Assembly: GCA_030695945.1 (NCBI GenBank) | Contig: JAUYOG010000009.1 | Coordinates: 1,687-65,686, forward strand | Origin: Ramlibacter sp. | Lineage (GTDB): Bacteria > Pseudomonadota > Gammaproteobacteria > Burkholderiales > Burkholderiaceae_C | Direction: 5' to 3' | DNA length: 64,000 nucleotides | Shown here: positions 1-10,578 of the stretch, piece after piece | Position numbering within the stretch: the first letter of the stretch is position 1 | Layout of the letters: each line of letters begins with the position of its first letter | Made by a program: the position numbers and the translations under genes | The notes under the pieces: generated by a model | The model's database searches: none | What the model saw: only the letters and a program-made list of their open reading frames with translations | Told to the model about the DNA's origin: nothing

Positions 1-586
1 CGTGCTGCGCGCGGTGACTTCCAAGCTGCGCGAGTTCCAGGCGGCCGGCATCACCCCGCAGACCGTGGCCATCGGCAACAAGGGCTTCGGCTTCCTGAAC
101 CGCATCGGCGCGCAGGTGGTCTCGCACGTCACCCAGCTGGGCGACACGCCGCACCTGGACAAGCTGATCGGCCCCGTCAAGGTTCTGCTGGACGCCTATG
201 CCCAGGGCAAGGTGAGCGCGGTGTACCTGTCGTACACCAAGTTCATCAACACGATGCGCCAGGAGCCCGTGGTGGAGCAGTTGCTGCCCCTGACGTCCGA
301 AACTCTCAAGGCGGACGAGGGCGAGCATGGCTGGGACTACATTTACGAGCCCGACGCGCAGAGCGTCATCGACGAGCTGCTGGTGCGCTACGTCGAGGCA
401 CTGGTGTACCAGGCCGTGGCCGAGAACATGGCGTCCGAGCAGTCGGCCCGCATGGTGGCCATGAAGGCCGCGACCGACAACGCCGGCAACGTGATTGCCG
501 AGCTCAAGCTGGTCTACAACAAGACGCGCCAGGCGGCGATCACGAAAGAACTTTCGGAGATCGTGGCCGGAGCGGCCGCCGTCTAA
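1..586 (+). CDS. atpG: F0F1 ATP synthase subunit gamma (5'-partial)
   Basis: C-terminal [18 protein letters not shown]...[23 protein letters not shown] motif; directly upstream of atpD. Confidence 0.98.
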   Translation, partial: VLRAVTSKLREFQAAGITPQTVAIGNKGFGFLNRIGAQVVSHVTQLGDTPHLDKLIGPVKVLLDAYAQGKVSAVYLSYTKFINTMRQEPVVEQLLPLTSETLKADEGEHGWDYIYEPDAQSVIDELLVRYVEALVYQAVAENMASEQSARMVAMKAATDNAGNVIAELKLVYNKTRQAAITKELSEIVAGAAAV

Positions 587-594
587 CAGATTAA

Positions 595-2022
<1,428 letters not shown>

Positions 2023-2028
2023 CCCGTC

Positions 2029-2445
2029 ATGAACACCATCCATGTCGATGTCGTGAGCGCCGAGGAGTCGATCTTCTCGGGCGAGGCGCGCTTCGTCGCC
2101 TTGCCTGGCGAAGCCGGCGAATTGGGTATCTACCCGCGCCACACGCCGCTGATCACCCGCATCAAGCCCGGCTCGGTGCGCATCGAGAAGGCCGACGGCA
2201 CCGAGGAATTCGTCTTCGTCGCCGGCGGCGTGCTCGAAGTGCAGCCCAACTGCGTCACCGTGCTGTCCGACACCGCGATCCGCGGCAAGGACCTCGATGA
2301 GGAAAAGGCCAACGAAGCCAAGAAGGCCGCCGAGGAAGCGCTCAAGAACGCCAAGAGCGACATCGACCTGGCCAAGGCCCAGTCGGAGCTCGCCGTCATG
2401 GCCGCGCAGATCGCCGCGCTGCGCAAGTACCGGCAAAAGAAATAA
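2029..2445 (+). CDS. atpC: F0F1 ATP synthase subunit epsilon
   Basis: IHVDVVSAE...[14 protein letters not shown]...[10 protein letters not shown]; follows atpD. Confidence 0.98.
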   Translation: MNTIHVDVVSAEESIFSGEARFVALPGEAGELGIYPRHTPLITRIKPGSVRIEKADGTEEFVFVAGGVLEVQPNCVTVLSDTAIRGKDLDEEKANEAKKAAEEALKNAKSDIDLAKAQSELAVMAAQIAALRKYRQKK

Positions 2446-2455
2446 ATATGTTTGC

Positions 2456-2479
2456 GGGACAGATCTTCAGCTCTGTCCC
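2456..2479. repeat. Short palindromic REP-like element
   Basis: GGGACAGA-N8-TCTGTCCC perfect 8-bp inverted repeat between atpC stop and terminator. Confidence 0.5.
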
Positions 2480-2527
2480 CAACTCGCCAGGTTTGAAATA
2501 AGAACGCGCTAAAAACCAGCGCACTCG

Positions 2528-2560
2528 CAGCCCCGGTTGAAAGACCGGGGCTGTTTTTTT
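2528..2560 (+). terminator. Rho-independent terminator of atp operon
   Basis: CAGCCCCGGT-TGAAAG-ACCGGGGCTG stem followed by T7. Confidence 0.93.
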
Positions 2561-2569
2561 GGTGAGCGG

Positions 2570-3097
2570 TCAGCCCAGCACGGGCTCGTCGGGCAGCTCG
2601 TTGGCGTTAGCGGCGCCTTCGGCGGCGGGGAAGTGCCTGACCAGCAGCGCGGAGACTTCCTCCAGCGTCTGCGTCAACCCGTCCTCGAAGCGGCCGTCGT
2701 GCAGGGCCGAGCCCAGGCGGGCGACGATGGCGCGCCACTCCTCGGGCGGGACATGCCGCGCCAGCCCGCGGTCCGCGACGATCTCGATGGCGTGCTCGGC
2801 CAGCAGCAGGTAGATCAGCACCCCATTGTTGTCTTCGGTGTCCCAGACGCGCAGCTTGCCGAAGAGGGCCACCGCGCGCTCGCGCGGCGTCGCGCTTCGC
2901 CACAGGTAGCTCATGGGCAGGCCGGCTTCGACAAAGATGCGCACTTCGCCCGTGTGGCGCTTCTCGCTGGCCGCGATGCGGCGGGTGAGCTGTTCCAACA
3001 GGTCGGGTGGAACAGCCTTGCGCGTGTCGGACTCGTCCAGCCAGCGATGCCGCAGCATGCGCGCGATGAATCCGCCCTGATGCCGGTCTCTTGCCAT
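2570..3097 (-). CDS. TPM domain-containing protein (short type)
   Basis: IAASEKRHTGEVRIFVE...LFGKLRVWDTEDNNGVLIYLLLAEHAIEIVADRG; ATG at 3097 overlaps upstream stop; upstream part of the 2570..3967 ORF is shadow. Confidence 0.9.
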   Translation of the reverse strand: MARDRHQGGFIARMLRHRWLDESDTRKAVPPDLLEQLTRRIAASEKRHTGEVRIFVEAGLPMSYLWRSATPRERAVALFGKLRVWDTEDNNGVLIYLLLAEHAIEIVADRGLARHVPPEEWRAIVARLGSALHDGRFEDGLTQTLEEVSALLVRHFPAAEGAANANELPDEPVLG

Positions 3098-4002
3098 CAC
3101 CAGTCTCCCGACGCGCCGCCGCCGCCAAAATCCCCGCCGCCGCCGGAGCCGCCCCAGCCGCCGCCACCACCGCCCCAGCTGCCACCGCCGCCGGCGCCCC
3201 AGCCGCCCGTGCCACCGATCCACGGCCCGCCGCCGAAACCGCCCCGCCGGCCGGTGGGCAGGCCCGGGGCCGCGCCCGACAGCATCGAGAAGAGCAGGGC
3301 GACGAACGCGGCAATGCCCGCAATCACCAGGCTCGAGGTGACCAGCAGTGCGATCGTGCCGACGCCCGCACCGGTGACCAGTGCGCCGAGCTTGCGCCCC
3401 ATCACCCGGCGCAGGACGCCGCCGATGACCGGAACCGCGATGAACAGGAAGATGGCGAGGTCCATCCAGTCGAAGCCCTGGCCGCCGCCGCGCGCGTCCG
3501 GCTGCTTCGGCGCCGGCAAGGCTTCGCCCGTGATGCGCGCCATGAGCTGGTCGGCGGCCGCGTGCAGGCCGGCCGCGAAGTCGCCCTTGCGGAAGTTCGG
3601 CGTGATCGCGTCGTCGATGATGCCCTTGGCCGCCAGGTCGGGGATGGCGCCTTCCAGCGTCTTGGCGACCTCGATGCGCACCTTGCGGTCGTCCTTGGCC
3701 ACCACCAGCAGCACGCCGTCGCCGACATCCTTGCGCCCGATCTTCCACTCGTTGCCGACGCGGTTGGCGTAACTGGCGATGTCCTCCGGCTGCGTCGTCG
3801 CCACGATCAGCATCGCGATCTGCGTGCCCTTGCCCTGCTCGAAGGCCATGAGCTTGTCTTCGAGACCCTTCTGCTGGATGGCGTCGAGCGTGCCGGTCTG
3901 GTCCACCACGTGGGCCGTCAGCGCCGGGACGGGCAGGAGGTTCTGCCCGAAGGCCAGTGCCGACCACAGCAGCGCCGCCAGAAACAGAAGGAGGTTCTTC
4001 AC
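3097..4002 (-). CDS. YgcG/TPM domain protein with Gly-rich tail
   Basis: Signal peptide, VVDQTGTL, WKIGRKDVGDGVLLVVAKDDRKVRIEV, GGGGDFGGGGASGDW end; start GTG 4002 (alternative ATG 4089). Confidence 0.9.
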   Translation of the reverse strand: MKNLLLFLAALLWSALAFGQNLLPVPALTAHVVDQTGTLDAIQQKGLEDKLMAFEQGKGTQIAMLIVATTQPEDIASYANRVGNEWKIGRKDVGDGVLLVVAKDDRKVRIEVAKTLEGAIPDLAAKGIIDDAITPNFRKGDFAAGLHAAADQLMARITGEALPAPKQPDARGGGQGFDWMDLAIFLFIAVPVIGGVLRRVMGRKLGALVTGAGVGTIALLVTSSLVIAGIAAFVALLFSMLSGAAPGLPTGRRGGFGGGPWIGGTGGWGAGGGGSWGGGGGGWGGSGGGGDFGGGGASGDW

Positions 4003-4008
4003 TGCCCA

Positions 4009-4083
4009 GTCATCCCAGGCTTGACCCGGGATCCATCGTGGCGCGCGAATGAACCGTGGATTGCGGCTCGAGGCCGCAATGAC
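4009..4083. repeat. Palindromic repeat element (GTCAT...ATGAC type)
   Basis: GTCATCCCAGGCTTGACCCGGGATCCA ... TGGATTGCGGCTCGAGGCCGCAATGAC; two hairpins with complementary ends. Confidence 0.75.
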
Positions 4084-4093
4084 AGGCATCTCT

Positions 4094-4684
4094 CTACTTC
4101 TTCGTACCGAAGTCCACTGATGGCGGCACGGAGATCTGTGCTTCGTTCTGCACCGAGAAGACCGGCTTCGGGTCGTAGTTGAAGACCATCGCCGTCAGGT
4201 TGGTGGGGAAGCTGCGCGCCAGCACGTTGTACTGCTGCACCGCCTGGATGTAGCGGTTGCGTGCGACGGTGATGCGGTTCTCCGTGCCTTCCAGCTGCAC
4301 GCGCAGTTCCCGGAAGCTCTGGTTGGCCTTCAGGTCCGGGTAGCGCTCCACCGTCACCATCAGCCGGCTCAGCGCGCTGGAGAGCTCGCCTTGCGCCTGC
4401 TGGAACTTGGCGAATGCCTCCGGGTTGTTGAGCGTCTCGGGCGTGACCTGCATCGAGGTGGCCTTGGCCCGGGCCTCGACCACACGGGTGAGCGTCTCCT
4501 GCTCGAAGTTGGCCTCGCCCTTGACGGTGGCCACGAGGTTGGGCACCAGGTCGGCGCGCCGCTGGTACTGGTTGAGCACTTCGCTCCAGGCGGACTTGGT
4601 CTGCTCGTCCAGCTTCTGGAAATCGTTGTAGCCGCAGCCGGAAAGGGAGAGGGCCGCGAGGATGACAAGGAGCCAGCGTTTCAT
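4094..4684 (-). CDS. lemA: LemA family lipoprotein
   Basis: LSGCGYN lipobox, QYQRRADLVPNLVATVKG, YPDLKANQSF, LEGTENRITVARNRY. Confidence 0.95.
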   Translation of the reverse strand: MKRWLLVILAALSLSGCGYNDFQKLDEQTKSAWSEVLNQYQRRADLVPNLVATVKGEANFEQETLTRVVEARAKATSMQVTPETLNNPEAFAKFQQAQGELSSALSRLMVTVERYPDLKANQSFRELRVQLEGTENRITVARNRYIQAVQQYNVLARSFPTNLTAMVFNYDPKPVFSVQNEAQISVPPSVDFGTKK

Positions 4685-4730
4685 GGTTGTTGTTCCTTCT
4701 CGTGAATGAGGCAACGGTAGCATAGATGGG

Positions 4731-5474
4731 ATGCATTCCGGTCCGATTCAAGTGCTGCAGGCGGCGAACCGGCCGGGGTTGACGGCGCGCAAACCGCGGC
4801 TGCTGATCGCCGGGGCGACCGGCCCGCTCGGCAATGAGGTCCTGCGCCGCCTGGTGGGGCTGCAGCAGTTCGACCGCACCCAGGTGCTGGCGCGCGAGCC
4901 GATCACGGATGGGCTGCGCGGCGTGGCCACCGTTCTTGTCGAATCCGATGACCCGCGGGATTGGCCGCCTTGCGCCGCCCACACGGGCGTCATCCTGTTC
5001 GATCCGCCGCGCCTTTACCACGAGCGCGAACGGGCGCTGTGGACGCCGCGTCCCGAGCAATTGCCGCAGCTGGCCGCCTGGATGCGCCGCAGCGGCGTGG
5101 CGACGCTGGCGGTGGTCCTGCCGCACGCCCAGGGGCGGCTGCCCGAGGCCCTCAAGCGCGGGCTGGCGAGCCTGGACGAGCAGGCCGTCGCGGCACTGGG
5201 TTTCGAGCGCCTCCTCATCGTCCGGTCGGCGCAAAAACCGGGGATGGCGAGAGCGCCGGGATTCCTGCCCGCCGTCGCCCTGTGGATGCTGTCCATCTTC
5301 AAGTACATGGTGCCCAGCAGTGAGCAGCCGGTGCGGGCCGTGAAAGTCGCCGAATTCGTGGCGATGGCGCTGGCGCTGGCGCCGCCCGGCATCCACATCG
5401 CGGCCCCCGAAATCGTCTGGCGTGCCGCGCAGGGCGACCTGCGCGGCACGCTTTCGCAGTGGCTGCACCCTTGA
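4731..5474 (+). CDS. NAD(P)-binding Rossmann-like hypothetical protein
   Basis: LLIAGATGPLG glycine motif; LGFERLLIVR as in YraR/TIP30-like proteins. Confidence 0.7.
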   Translation: MHSGPIQVLQAANRPGLTARKPRLLIAGATGPLGNEVLRRLVGLQQFDRTQVLAREPITDGLRGVATVLVESDDPRDWPPCAAHTGVILFDPPRLYHERERALWTPRPEQLPQLAAWMRRSGVATLAVVLPHAQGRLPEALKRGLASLDEQAVAALGFERLLIVRSAQKPGMARAPGFLPAVALWMLSIFKYMVPSSEQPVRAVKVAEFVAMALALAPPGIHIAAPEIVWRAAQGDLRGTLSQWLHP

Positions 5475-5502
5475 ATCCACGGCAGAATCGGCAGACCCAC
5501 CC

Positions 5503-5952
5503 ATGCACAAGACCAGACTCCAGGCCGCCAATCTCGAAGGCAATGCCGACGACGTCGAAGCCGCCTTCTACGAAGCGCTGCAGAACGGCGACATCGACAA
5601 ACTGATGGCTTGCTGGGCCGACGAGGACGACATCGTTTGCATCCACCCCGGCGGTCCGCGCGTCGTCGGCGCCGTCGCGATCCGCGCGACGTTCGAAGCG
5701 ATGTTCGGCAACGGCAGCATCCGCGCCTGGCCGCAGCAGGCCCGCAAGACGCAGGCGGTCGCGGCCGCGGTGCACAACGTGCTCGAACGCGTCGAAGTGC
5801 TCGGCCCCGACGGGCCGGCGCAGGCCTGGGTCATCGCCACCAACGTCTATCACAAGACCGCGCAGGGCTGGCGCATGGTCGCGCACCACGCCAGCCCCGG
5901 CACCAGCAGCGAGATCCAGGAAGTCTCGGGCACACCGCAGGTGCTGCATTGA
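5503..5952 (+). CDS. NTF2/SnoaL-like domain protein
   Basis: AAFYEAL...ACWA..DIVCIHPG...ATNVYHKT.QGWRMVAHHAS. Confidence 0.88.
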   Translation: MHKTRLQAANLEGNADDVEAAFYEALQNGDIDKLMACWADEDDIVCIHPGGPRVVGAVAIRATFEAMFGNGSIRAWPQQARKTQAVAAAVHNVLERVEVLGPDGPAQAWVIATNVYHKTAQGWRMVAHHASPGTSSEIQEVSGTPQVLH

Positions 5953-5986
5953 CAGCAGCCGGTGCAGTGAAGGCAGGTGGCGCCCA

Positions 5987-6970
5987 TTGAATTACCGGGC
6001 CCCCTGGTGGTTGCCGGGCGGCAACCTGCAGACCATCTGGCCGGCCCTCTACGCGCGGCGGGTGTTCGGCGAGCACCCGCAGTACCGGCGCGAGCGCTGG
6101 GCCACGCCGGATGGCGACTTCCTCGACGTCGATTGGCTGGAAGACAAGGCTCCCACGCTGCAGCCGGACCGGCGTCCCCTCCTCGTGCTCTTCCATGGCC
6201 TCGAAGGCTCGTCCCGTAGCCACTACGCCGAGGCCTTCGCCGACTTCGCCGCCGAGCACGGCCTCGCCTTTGCAGTGCCGCATTTCCGCGGCTGCGGCGG
6301 TGAGCTCAACCTTGGGCCGCGCGCGTATCACTCGGGCGATTTCGAGGAAATCGCGTGGATCCTGTCGCGGCTGCGCGCGCATCACACCGGCCCCCTGCTC
6401 GTCGTCGGCGTGTCGCTGGGCGGCAATGCATTGATGCGGTGGGCCGGCGAGGCCGGCGACGAGGCAGGCCGACTGGTGGACGCCGTGGCCTCGGTGTCTT
6501 CGCCGATCGACCTCGCGGCCGGCTCGCGGGCGATCGGGCGCGGCTTCAACCGCCTCGTGTACACGACCATGTTCCTGCGCAGCATGAAGCCCAAGGCGCT
6601 CGCCAAGCTGAAGCAGCACCCCGGCCTGTTCGACGAGTCACGGCTCACGGCCGCCCGCGACCTCTATGAGTTCGACGACATCTTCACCGCGCCGCTGCAC
6701 GGCTTTCGCAACGCGGACGACTATTACGCACGGGCGTCGGCCAAGCCGCACCTGCACCGCATCCGCATCCCGGCCCTGGTGCTCAATGCGTTGAACGATC
6801 CTTTCGTTCCTGCGTCCAGCCTGCCCACGCCGGGAGAGATTGGCCCGTTCGTCACGTTGTGGCAGCCCCGCGAGGGCGGCCATGTCGGGTTCCCCGACGG
6901 CGGCCTGCCCGGCCACGTGCGCACGATGCCGGACGAGGTCGGCCGCTGGCTCATGAACAGCGCCCGGTGA
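5987..6970 (+). CDS. YheT family alpha/beta hydrolase
   Basis: GGNLQT, FHGLEGS, FRGCGGE, GVSLGG nucleophile, NALNDPF, GGHVGF. Confidence 0.92.
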   Translation: MNYRAPWWLPGGNLQTIWPALYARRVFGEHPQYRRERWATPDGDFLDVDWLEDKAPTLQPDRRPLLVLFHGLEGSSRSHYAEAFADFAAEHGLAFAVPHFRGCGGELNLGPRAYHSGDFEEIAWILSRLRAHHTGPLLVVGVSLGGNALMRWAGEAGDEAGRLVDAVASVSSPIDLAAGSRAIGRGFNRLVYTTMFLRSMKPKALAKLKQHPGLFDESRLTAARDLYEFDDIFTAPLHGFRNADDYYARASAKPHLHRIRIPALVLNALNDPFVPASSLPTPGEIGPFVTLWQPREGGHVGFPDGGLPGHVRTMPDEVGRWLMNSAR

Positions 6971-7096
6971 CGCGCAGGCGACAACGCGGCACGGCACCGA
7001 GCTGCGTGCGGGACAGCGCGCGCGGGTTTTTACTGTTGGTCCGGGGGGGTGCGGGGGGGATAAACGGCCCTACCGACCAGGTACCCCCAACCCGCA

Positions 7097-7879
7097 ATGA
7101 CATTGCCATCCTCCGCCGCCTTGCTGGAAGTCTCCGGCGTCACAGTGCGTTTCGGGGGCATCACGGCGCTGGACCAGGTGTCGTTCTCCGTCATGCCCGC
7201 CACCATTGCGGGCCTGATCGGCCCCAATGGCGCCGGCAAGACCACGCTCTTCAACTGCCTGTCGCGCCTGTACACCTTCAGCGAGGGCACGATCCTGTTC
7301 GAGGGCCGCTCTCTCACGGACAGCCCGCCGCACCGCATCGCCGCGCTCGGCATCGGACGCACTTTCCAGAATCTCGCGCTGTTCCGCACGATGAGCGTGT
7401 GGCACAACGTGATGCTGGGCGGGCATTGCCGCAGTTCGAGCGGCTTCCTGTCCAACGCGTTGCGCCTGCCGCATGTGCAACGTGAAGAGGAAGGGCTCGC
7501 AGCGCGCGCCGCGCAGTCGATCGACATGCTCGACCTCGGCGCCGTGGCGCAGACGCCGGTGGCCGACTTGCCGTTCGGCACGCAAAAACGCGTGGAGCTG
7601 GCGCGCGCGCTGATGAGCCAGCCCAAGCTGCTGTTGCTCGATGAGCCGGCGGGCGGCCTGAACCATGAAGAGGTCGATGGCCTGCGCCAGCTGCTGCGGC
7701 GGATCCAAAGCGAGTTGAAGCTCACCATCCTGCTGGTGGAGCACCACATGAACCTGGTGATGCGCGTGTCCGACCAGGTGGTCGCGCTCGACTTCGGCCG
7801 CAAGATCGCCGACGGCACGCCGGCCGAAGTGCAGAGCAATCCGGATGTGATCCGCGCCTATCTCGGGGTTGAAGCATGA
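7097..7879 (+). CDS. Branched-chain amino acid-type ABC transporter ATP-binding protein (LivG-like)
   Basis: GPNGAGKTT, RTFQN, LLLDEPAGGL, LLVEHHM, DVIRAYLG. Confidence 0.93.
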   Translation: MTLPSSAALLEVSGVTVRFGGITALDQVSFSVMPATIAGLIGPNGAGKTTLFNCLSRLYTFSEGTILFEGRSLTDSPPHRIAALGIGRTFQNLALFRTMSVWHNVMLGGHCRSSSGFLSNALRLPHVQREEEGLAARAAQSIDMLDLGAVAQTPVADLPFGTQKRVELARALMSQPKLLLLDEPAGGLNHEEVDGLRQLLRRIQSELKLTILLVEHHMNLVMRVSDQVVALDFGRKIADGTPAEVQSNPDVIRAYLGVEA

Positions 7880-8592
7880 GCGATGCGATCCTCCAGGTGC
7901 GAGGGCTGCACGCGCAGTACGGCAATACCAAGGTGCTGCACGGCCTCGATTTCGACGTGCGCCAGGGCGGCATCACCACCATCCTGGGCGCCAACGGCGC
8001 CGGCAAGACGACCACGCTGCGCGCGATGTGCGGCATGGTGAAGACCCAGGGCGAGATCCTGCTGGCCGGCGACCGCATCGACGGCAAGGCAACCGAGAAC
8101 ATCGTCCGCATGGGCGTGGCGCACGTGCCCGATGGTCGCGGCACCTTCCTCAATTTCACCGTCGAGGAAAACCTGCGCATGGGCGCCTACACCCGCCGCG
8201 ACCGCGCCCAGGTGCAGGCCGACTACGAGCGCATCTACAACTACTTTCCGCGGCTGCGCGAGCGCCGGCGCCAGCAGGCCGGCACGCTGTCCGGCGGCGA
8301 ACAGCAGATGCTCGCCGTCTCGCGCGCGCTGATGCTCAAGCCGCGCCTGCTGCTGCTGGACGAGCCTTCGTTCGGCCTGGCACCCCTGATCGTGCAGGAG
8401 CTGTTCGAGATCTTCCGCACCATCAACGCGGCCGACGGCATCAGCATGCTGCTGGTCGAGCAGAACGCCGCGTTGGCGCTGAAGCTGGCCGACCATGCCT
8501 ACCTGCTGGAGACCGGGCGCGTCGTCATCTCCGGCACGGCCGAATCGATCCGCAATGACGAGTCGGTACGTCGCTCGTACCTGGGTTACTGA
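7876..8592 (+). CDS. ABC transporter ATP-binding protein (LivF-like)
   Basis: GANGAGKTT, LSGGEQQM, LLDEPSFGLAP, LVEQN. Confidence 0.93.
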   Translation: MSDAILQVRGLHAQYGNTKVLHGLDFDVRQGGITTILGANGAGKTTTLRAMCGMVKTQGEILLAGDRIDGKATENIVRMGVAHVPDGRGTFLNFTVEENLRMGAYTRRDRAQVQADYERIYNYFPRLRERRRQQAGTLSGGEQQMLAVSRALMLKPRLLLLDEPSFGLAPLIVQELFEIFRTINAADGISMLLVEQNAALALKLADHAYLLETGRVVISGTAESIRNDESVRRSYLGY

Positions 8593-8607
8593 ATAGGGCC
8601 GCGCCGC

Positions 8608-9477
8608 ATGGACCTGCTCATCCACCAAATCCTCTCGGGCCTGGCCACCGGCGGCATCTATGCCAGCGTTGCGCTGGCCTTGGTGATGATCTACCAGGCC
8701 ACCCACCTGGTGAACTTCGCCCAGGGCGAAATGGCGATGTTCGCGACCTACCTCGCCTGGTCGCTGATGCAGGCCGGCGTGCCTTACTGGGGCGCCTTCT
8801 TCATCACGGTGGCGGCGGCGTTCGTCGGCGGCGTGATCCTGGAGCGCGTCGTGATCCAGCCGGTGGAGAGCGCCCCGATCCTGTCGGTGGTGATCGTCTT
8901 CATCGGCCTGCTGGTGATCTTCAACAGCGTCGCGGGCTGGATCTACTCGTACACGATCAAGCCGTTCCCGAGCCCGTTCCCGGCGCAGCCGCTGTTCGGC
9001 AATTCCTACGTGAGCTCGCACGAGCTCGGCACCACGACGGTCACGCTCGTCGTGCTGCTGCTGGTCTTCGTCTTCTTCCGCTTCACGCCGCTCGGCCTCG
9101 CGATGCGCGCGGCGGCCCAGAATCCGGTGTCCAGCCGGCTGGTCGGCGTGCGGGTGGGCTGGATGCTCGCGCTGGGATGGGGCCTGGCCTCGGCCATCGG
9201 CGCCGTCGCGGGAATCATGGTCGCCCCCGTCGTGTTCCTCGAGCCGAACATGATGGGCGGCATCCTGCTCTACGCATTCGCCGGGGCCCTGCTGGGCGGC
9301 ATCGACAGCGCGCCGGGCGCGGTGCTGGGCGGCTTCATCGTGGGTGTGCTGGAAAACGTCGTGGGCCTGTACCTCGGCTCGGACGTGAAGCTCACTGTCG
9401 CCCTGGTCATCATCGTCGGCGTGCTGGTGGTGAAGCCTTCGGGTCTGTTCGGCAAAGTTCACGTGGCGAGGGTTTGA
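8608..9477 (+). CDS. ABC transporter permease (LivH-like)
   Basis: GGIYASVALAL...VNFAQGE, GLAMRAAAQN; multiple TM helices. Confidence 0.92.
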   Translation: MDLLIHQILSGLATGGIYASVALALVMIYQATHLVNFAQGEMAMFATYLAWSLMQAGVPYWGAFFITVAAAFVGGVILERVVIQPVESAPILSVVIVFIGLLVIFNSVAGWIYSYTIKPFPSPFPAQPLFGNSYVSSHELGTTTVTLVVLLLVFVFFRFTPLGLAMRAAAQNPVSSRLVGVRVGWMLALGWGLASAIGAVAGIMVAPVVFLEPNMMGGILLYAFAGALLGGIDSAPGAVLGGFIVGVLENVVGLYLGSDVKLTVALVIIVGVLVVKPSGLFGKVHVARV

Positions 9478-9478
9478 C

Positions 9479-10528
9479 ATGAACCACCCCCGAGGCGCCT
9501 CCGGCGCCTCCCCCTCAAGGGGGCACCACCAGCGGCCCGGCGAAGCCGGTTCCGCGGTGGTTCCCGCACTGCGTCCGGCCCTGGGCCGACGCCAGGTCAT
9601 CGGCCTGGCCGTCCTGCTGGTGCTGGCCTGCGCCCTGCCTTTCGTCGTGGGCAACTACCGCGTGTTCCAGGCCACGCTGACGCTGGCCTATGCAATCGCG
9701 CTGCTCGGGTTGAACATGCTGACGGGCTACAACGGGCAGATCTCGCTGGGCCATGGCGCCTTCTACGCCATCGGCGCGTACACGGCCGCGATCCTGATGG
9801 AGAAGGCGGGCTTTCCGTACTGGGCCACCATCCCGGTCGCGGGGCTGGTGTGCCTGGTGGCGGGCTTCCTGTTCGGGCTGCCGGCGCTGCGGCTGGAAGG
9901 CCTGTACCTCGCGCTCGCCACCTTCGCGCTGGGCGTCGCGATGCCGCAGATCCTCAAGCACAAGAGCCTGGAGCACTGGACCGGCGGTGCGATGGGTGTC
10001 GTCATCGTCAAGCCCGACGCGCCGGCGGGGCTGCCGCTGTCGCAGGACCAGTGGCTCTATTTCTTCACCCTGGCCTGGGCGGTGCTGCTGTTCTGGGCCG
10101 CGTGGAACCTGCTGCGCGGGCGCGTGGGGCGTGCGCTGGTCGCCATCCGGGACCAACCCATCGCCGCGCAGGCGATGGGCGTGAACACGGCGATGTACAA
10201 GTCGCTCACCTTCGGCGTCTCGGCGTTCTACACCGGCGTCGCCGGCGCGCTCGCCGCGATCTCCGTGCAGTTCGCGTCGCCCGATTCGTTCTCCATCTTC
10301 CTGTCGCTCACGCTGGTGATCGGCGTGGTCGTCGGCGGGCTGGCGTCGATCTCGGGTGCGCTTTACGGCGCGCTGTTCATCCAGTTCGTGCCGAACGTCG
10401 CCGACGAGCTGTCCAAGGCGGCGCCGTGGGCGATCTACGGCATTTTCCTGATCGGTTTCATGTACCTCATGCCGTCGGGCGTGGCCGGCCTGATCCAGGT
10501 CATCCGCCGGCGTTTTCCCAGGAAGTAG
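9479..10528 (+). CDS. ABC transporter permease (LivM-like) with repeat-derived N-terminal extension
   Basis: GLNMLTGYNGQISLGHGAF, GRALVAIRD; first ~27 codons come from a palindromic element. Confidence 0.92.
   Translation: MNHPRGASGASPSRGHHQRPGEAGSAVVPALRPALGRRQVIGLAVLLVLACALPFVVGNYRVFQATLTLAYAIALLGLNMLTGYNGQISLGHGAFYAIGAYTAAILMEKAGFPYWATIPVAGLVCLVAGFLFGLPALRLEGLYLALATFALGVAMPQILKHKSLEHWTGGAMGVVIVKPDAPAGLPLSQDQWLYFFTLAWAVLLFWAAWNLLRGRVGRALVAIRDQPIAAQAMGVNTAMYKSLTFGVSAFYTGVAGALAAISVQFASPDSFSIFLSLTLVIGVVVGGLASISGALYGALFIQFVPNVADELSKAAPWAIYGIFLIGFMYLMPSGVAGLIQVIRRRFPRK
9487..9560. repeat. Multi-hairpin palindromic element in the 5' end of the permease gene
   Basis: GAGGCGCC-TCC-GGCGCCTC, CCCCC-TCAA-GGGGG, CCGGC-GAA-GCCGG hairpins in series. 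Confidence 0.7.
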
Positions 10529-10578
10529 CGCGCCGCATGGCCGCGATGTGCAAGTGTGATGACTCGAAAGGAAGCAAG

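Noticed and set aside
2537-3772. Proline-rich TonB-like ORF
   Set aside because: The poly-Pro run is the reverse complement of the Gly-rich tail of the TPM gene
7040-7092. G-tracts upstream of the ABC importer as a phase-variation or G-quadruplex signal
   Set aside because: Only two short tracts (about 7 G) in a GC-rich genome; insufficient evidence
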